From NCBI GenBank assembly GCA_002269645.1, contig NIVC01000983.1:62001-126000 (forward strand): a DNA stretch of 64,000 bases. The letters are read 5' to 3'. This document shows, one piece after another, positions 58,047 to 64,000 of the stretch. Positions within the stretch are counted from its first letter, which is position 1, and the number at the start of each line of letters is the position of its first letter. The stretch comes from Macrostomum lignano. Taxonomy: Eukaryota. The position numbers were made by a program, and so were the translations under genes. Below the pieces are notes generated by a model. It was given only the letters and a program-made list of their open reading frames with translations, searched no databases and was not told where the DNA came from.

Positions 58047-61000
58047 CGTGTCATGCATAAATGGAGGACAACCCAACACCATGACCTCAAACGAATATAG
58101 CAGCACTAGGGATAGTGGGTAGGTACAACAGCAATAAGGCATAAGATGTAAGCTCATATTTCACAAACTTATTGAGTTTGTTTAAAAGTTTAAACTTTGT
58201 TTAAAGTTTAAAACGAAACGATTCGACACCAGCAATTGGTAAAATATTCATAGTCTATTATTTTCTCCAAAAAGGATATAGCCAATCTATTTAGGAGCAA
58301 TGAACCTAAAGAATAAAAACATAATATTTTGTATACTTCTAGTCTTCTTTTTCTGGTAGGAAAGCAAAAATCAGCCTCAAATGTATTTATTATTCTCTAG
58401 ACAGAAACAAAAAAACATTTTTTTAGATATGCCTCATTTTAATTTGCCAAATAGTTACACAAGTTAACAGTGAATGCAATCATAAGATTACTAGACAGCA
58501 ACTTTTAATATACAATAAGAATAACTTTGACAAACTCGAGAACTAAAACTTTAGTCGAAGTTGTCTCAAAAGATTCTTACAACGAAAAAATATTCCACGA
58601 TTCTTTTCAAATAAATTTCTAAAAAATGGTATACAGTTTATAATTTCGATCTCGTTCTTCTAATTATATACCATAATAATAAAAAAATTCAATGGAAGAA
58701 CTTTACAATAGTTTTTTGTTTCTGAAACCTATATTCAGATAGTGTTTTAGGCAAGTATAAAATACTATAATTAAATTTAATTCCCGGTTAAGAAAATTAA
58801 ATTTTACTCATAATGTTCTACAAGACTACAACTCTAACCCCCTATACTTCACTCTGTTGTGTTGTTTATCAAAGTAATTTAAATTGATCCAGTCTAGCAC
58901 CAAAAGGGAAACCTTTTAAAGAAAAGCTTTGGTAATAAATAAACGGATTCTACTATTTCCATCCGTTAATGGACCAGATATTATTTCTATGACTAAATAT
59001 GACTTTGCAAAAATGAGAAAAATAGGCATAAATTCCCACTGTCAAATATATATCAAATCGCTTTTTTCTAAACAAAATAAAATCTGTTCATTATTTCATT
59101 TTCATTACTTCATTACATAAGTTTTTTACATCTTTTTTCTACATTAAAACCATTTATTGTAGTTCATTTGGCAAGTCATAATCAAGATTTGTTCGCAAAA
59201 GTCTCATTTTTTGAAGCAAACATAGACTCTTAAGAAAATTAACGATCTGGTGGCCTAAAATATATTCGGCCCATTGATGAAGTTGAAGAAATGTCCTTAA
59301 TAGCAACAATTAAAATTGTGAATAAGGTTACAAGTTTAACTTTGTCGATTAGTAATTTTATTTTTAAATAAACTTATTTTTCTAAGTAAGCGAAGACTTT
59401 ACTCTGGCACTAAAAAGAATAATCAACTTTTGTTTTTTCTGTTTATTTCGCAAACGAAAACACGTTTTTTGACAAAGCTTTTCCGTTGGTCTATGAACAC
59501 GTGGAAATTTGAATAAGTTGAGTATATCTGAGGATTCTGAGCTGCGGGTCGAAGCAAGGACTAATTAAACGATAAATAGTCGTTATTGGGTCTATGAATT
59601 AAAAAGCAATAAATAGGACGCTAACTTCATGAAATTACATGTAAAACTTGTATGTGTAGAATGAAAAGTGGAGGAAGTAGCGGAACTTGACGGAATAAAG
59701 ACTAACTTGAAAGTTTCCAGCATACATAAAACAATGAATATATTCCATTTTCTTATCATTTGAGACATTCCCTCACAATTCTCCCAAAAAGTATGGGGAG
59801 GTATGTTGATGGGTTCGGCCTTTTTAAGCCTGTAGCTTCGGGCCTCAGAACTCAGAAATGAATCTCTAAGAGCTTTGGCCTCTCGCTCTTGTCAGATGGT
59901 CAGCGCCGAGATAGCTAGATTGTGGGCGAGCAGCTAGGTCTTATAGCTAAGAGAAGACAGCGAGAGACCAGCAGGGAGAATTTGAAAGGTAGAAATTAGC
60001 TAATCCGCAGATTAATTAACCGGCTGCCACCACTCCGTGCGCCCCGGCTCACCAAACCGGAGCTGTCGAAATCGGACTTTCGAGTCTTCGACTAGAAGGG
60101 CACTGCACTTACCTGCCATCTAGTGTCTTTTAGCTGTCTATGTCTATCTCGAAGTCATGCATAGCCGAATAGAAGGGACACTACTGGGACTAAGATCGCA
60201 TTGGCCATGCAGGGAAAGAGAGGACTTTTGCAGGGGGTTCTTGCGCTGGCGAGCTTTCAAGCACTGCCCAATGTACTAACTCATTACCAAATTCCCAGAA
60301 GTACATGTACAAGTACACATAACTGCACGCTTTTGGCACTAAATGTGTTAACACGTCGACAGATAGCGATGATGTGGGTGTATTGTCACCTTTGGAGACC
60401 TTTACACTAGCATTTAACTCGTTTTAGCCTCTTAGCTGCCTGAGACTGCACGAAAGTACCGGTCTGGCACTTATTTATTCTGCATGTTTATCATGATTGC
60501 TTAGATCGACTGGGTACTGTGTCGCTTCCGGTCCACTGACCTCTGCTCCTAGATCTAGCCGCTCATCTCAGCTGGCATTGCGAAAAAGAAAGAAAACGCT
60601 AAGTCTTTAACTTCCAGATTTAACTTTCTCACTTAATTCACAATTCTAAACGCCTTAGATTGAGTCGGAGCGAATAGCTACTTTTAATTTTAAACGGAAC
60701 TTCTGCCTCGAGTTTGGCACACGAAAACAAGAAAGCAAAAGTGCAAATCCTATCGGACTACCAAGGAAGGGGTCAGACAATTGGGGCGCACCCAGTTAAG
60801 CAGGTCAAGAAAGTCTCTCACCCAACCAATCAGAAAACCTAACTGCCGGTAGCCAAGGATTCCACAGAGACCGAAGCGCTCGGACGGGATGCTGATGCTG
60901 AACTTAGCTGACGAGCGCCGCAGTTGTTCTTCGCTTGCCGGTTGCTGTCGCTGCTTTTAGATCACGACCAGGAAGTCACGGGCGATGCTGTCCAGGGGGA

Positions 61001-61180
61001 CTTAGCCGTTGAAGCCGAAGCTGATGGGAGACGACGACCAAAGTTTTGGGGGGGGGGGCAGAACGTCAGGAAGTCGACCAGGCAGGGGGCGCAGGCCGGG
61101 GGAAGGGGGATCACGAGTGACACGGCCGAAGAAAACGAAGAAGGTCCGGAAACCTTACCGAGCGCGGGCCGACGTGCTGC

Positions 61181-61313
61181 CTTTTATAGATCTCACGCGG
61201 CCGATTTGTTATAGCGAGCGCTGAATTTTCCTATTGGCTGAGGGCCTTTGTTAAAATCGGCGCCGAATTTTCTGATTGGTCCAGCCGGGAGCAGTCAGGT
61301 CGACTCTGATTGG
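61181..61313 (-). promoter_or_regulatory. Leftward promoter-like module: three CCAAT boxes plus TATA
   Basis: ATTGG at 61233, 61275, 61309 on plus; CTATAAAAG on minus at 61181-61189. Confidence 0.45.
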
Positions 61314-61431
61314 CTGAGCTTAAGACCCCAAAACCAACCCCACCGAGTGGGCTCCAGACCCCAGGAAAGTTGACAGGTGCGATCATAAATCATACAAAAA
61401 CGAATAAAAGTCACTTGTCTAGACATCCTGG

Positions 61432-61597
61432 TAGGGGTGTTCGGGGTTCGGGGTCGGGTCGGGTTTCGGGTCGGGTTTTGGTACCGGGTTCGGGGTTCGG
61501 GGTAGGTGTTCCGGGTCGGGTTCGGGGTTCGGAGTAGGGGTACCGGGTTCGGGGTAAACCCCGAACCCCGAAAAAATGGCCGACCCGAACACCCCTA
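61432..61597. mobile_element. 166-bp hAT-type MITE
   Basis: TIR TAGGGGTGTTCGGG / CCCGAACACCCCTA; 8-bp TSD CATCCTGG / CATCCTGT; GGGTTCG subterminal repeats. Confidence 0.8.
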
Positions 61598-62436
61598 CAT
61601 CCTGTGACTGCAAAGTGACTGCAAAAAGCTCATAACTCAAAGGAGAAGGTAATAGGGCGAGTGGGAAGGAGACTGGAAAGACCTCTTTGACCCAGACAGG
61701 CTGGAGCCAAAAGTGACAGCTAGACCGCAATAAATCACCAAAAATAGTGAAAAAGTCACAAATCGGGGGGGGGGTCAGGATGAGATAAAAACATTTCTCC
61801 CAGACTTAGTGTCGCCTGTCTAGACTGTTAGAGGTCAATCCGTCCCAGACCCAGACAGCCTGACCTTCAACCAAGCGTAAACAACCCAAAAATAGAATCC
61901 TAGGGAAAGTACATTAAATCCCTAACATAATTAATGGTAATGTCATAAAATAGTATAGCACTCAGCCTAGATGAGAGAATAGAGAGAAGATCCTAAGCTA
62001 GCCTACTGACAGTAGGGGGAAAAGCGCATCGGAGCTAAATGTGCGGTTTAGTGGTCCTGGTACGCGTGTCATTACATCAGCAAGAAAGCTACATGTACCT
62101 CAGTACCTTACGGTACATGTAGCCCAATAAAATGTAAGAGTACGAGCTACTATAGCTTACATTTTCAGAACTGCATCTCACCTACCGATCTGTACAGATG
62201 TGATAATTACATGTACGGTCCATGATCAGCACACCAACTACAAGGAGCTGTTTTGTGACCCCAGATTCTCAAATCCTGCATGGCTATGCCAAATGACATT
62301 TACGATAGTTCGCGAAGTCCTTTTTCTGTAATTTTTCTTTCGCAACGATTCATATATCCATGGAATTTTCTGAAGTTTCAAAAATCTGCCGTGCAAAATC
62401 TGTAAAGCGTGATGTAGCTAGTTAGTTAGAGTTAGA

Positions 62437-62745
62437 GGCTGTGTGCACCCTGGCGCACTTTAAGCGAAATGCGAAATGGTCACACAACCGGCGAGAGGCA
62501 TTGCTGCCCATTCCGCCAACTCCCCTGAGCAGGCACACAAGCGCGCGGATACGTACGCAGTAACGCAGTCGTACGCAGGCACACACTCACACAGGAGTGT
62601 ACAGCGGCCCTAACTTTATTTATCGTTAGGCATGTACACTTCACTGTGCCTTGGGGGTTGGCCTTAAAGCCGTTAATTGCACGAGCAGAGCCAAGCCGAG
62701 ATTCCAATTTAGCCCCAAATTAATGTGACTGCACCTGGAATCGAG
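62437..62745 (+). repeat. Dispersed ~300-bp repeat, copy B
   Basis: Aligns with 22794-23100. Confidence 0.85.
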
Positions 62746-63212
62746 CCTGGGCCCTTGGCACATCAGAGCGACGCGCGAGACCACTAAAGCGCGATTTAAG
62801 TTCTTAATTCTGAAGTTCAAGTTCTCCAGTACTCAAGTTCACTGTTTTGTAAACATTGAGCCAGTGAGAATCCACTTTTAGACTCCCGCGAAAGACTCTG
62901 CAATGTCGCAACTTCATGAAATCCAGTTTCAACCAGCTAGTGCCTATCGTGCAAGAAGCCAACAGGTAGAGATGCACTTTATGGCTAAAAAATTCACAAG
63001 AAGACAGATGCTTCACAAGTCATCCCAAGCCTTCCGCGACTGTTTTTCCCCTCATTGTAACCCTAATTGGCCTATTGGCTAGATGGGCGCTCACGGTTCT
63101 TCAATGCTCACTGGGGCTTTCATGCTACATGCAGTCGAGTATTTACCCAGATCCGCTTAGAAACAATGGAGAGAATTTTGCCAATCCGCTTCAGCTCCCA
63201 CAAGGCAATCAT

Positions 63213-64000
63213 ATGGCGGCTCTCGCAGCCATCGCTACTCTGCTGCTGTACGCCCAGTTGTCGCCCGCTTCAGCGAATGGCTTCAGCGGCGGCTGCCAGG
63301 CCCAGCACTCAGTCCGCCCGCTGCACAGCGACTCCTGCGTGCCGGACGCCGACCTGCAGCATCAGCTGCGGCTGCCCAACGCGCAGCTCATGCCGGGCGC
63401 CTCCGATGCGGAGTCCTGCGCGCTGGCCTGCGCTCTCCGACCGAGCGCGTGCGCGGTCGCCCAGTTCCGCTTCGTGGCCCGGCTGTGTCACGTGACCGCG
63501 GAGCCGCCGCGACCGGCCAGCGAGGCCGAGGCGGCCGGCACGGCGAGCCGCGGCGACTGCGTGGCGACGCTGCTGAGACAGGGGGGGGGGGCGGAGATGC
63601 TCCGACCGCCTGGTCGCTCGCCTCCCGACTCAAAGTGTTCATCGACTTCCGCGTCTCCGAGTTGAACCTCGTCGCCGGGTCGGCGGGCTGGCCGGCGGCC
63701 GCTCAGCTCACTGGCGCCGCGTCTCGCAACTCCAGTGGCGCCTGGCTGCCCGGCCTGCAGACCGCCCACGTGCTGATGCGCCTGCCGCCTCCCGGCTACC
63801 AGGCGGTGGCCGCTGCCAGCCAGGAGTTCGCCTACTTCTTCAAGGTGCTGGCCGACCCGCCAGCATCGGCGAGCTCGCAGCGCCACTTCATGCGCATCCT
63901 GTCAGCCAGCGACGGCAGCCAGCTGAGCGCCTTTTTCTATACTGTGGGCGGCCGGGTCCGCTTCTCCAACCTGTTCACCCGGCCGAATCCGTTCGAGGCC
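63213..64000 (+). CDS. PAN/Apple + LamG-like secreted protein, copy 4 (divergent; frameshift in G11 run 63581-63591; runs off the right edge)
   Basis: PAN module nearly identical to copy 3; after the G run the shifted frame reads AWSLASRLKVFIDFRVSELNL...PPPGYQAV..ASQEFAYFF...HFMRIL, homologous to copies 1-3. Confidence 0.8.

Overview
AT-rich eukaryotic (animal) genomic DNA with GC-rich exons, spliceosomal introns and many minisatellites. The style resembles the flatworm Macrostomum, but that is an inference and no search was run. Host genes: a cadherin 5' exon (minus), a C/EBP-like bZIP gene, a 10-exon FERM/band-4.1-like gene (minus), an intronless divergent Arf-family GTPase, an STPG1 orthologue (minus), and four intronless paralogues of a secreted PAN/Apple + LamG-like protein. 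Those paralogues share a near-identical N-terminal module but have divergent C-terminal domains. Mobile DNA: a young Ty3/Gypsy element with CAAAC target-site duplication, whose 3' LTR alone carries a 192-bp insertion containing a Penelope-type hammerhead ribozyme; a decayed DIRS/Ngaro tyrosine-recombinase retrotransposon; a second recombinase fragment; an internally deleted Crypton-like element; a hAT transposase remnant with a fold-back; a MULE-like foldback MITE; a hAT MITE; a tRNA/CORE-like SINE; and a LINE 3' fragment. Most ORFs in the supplied track are artefacts of tandem repeats. All identities were judged by eye.
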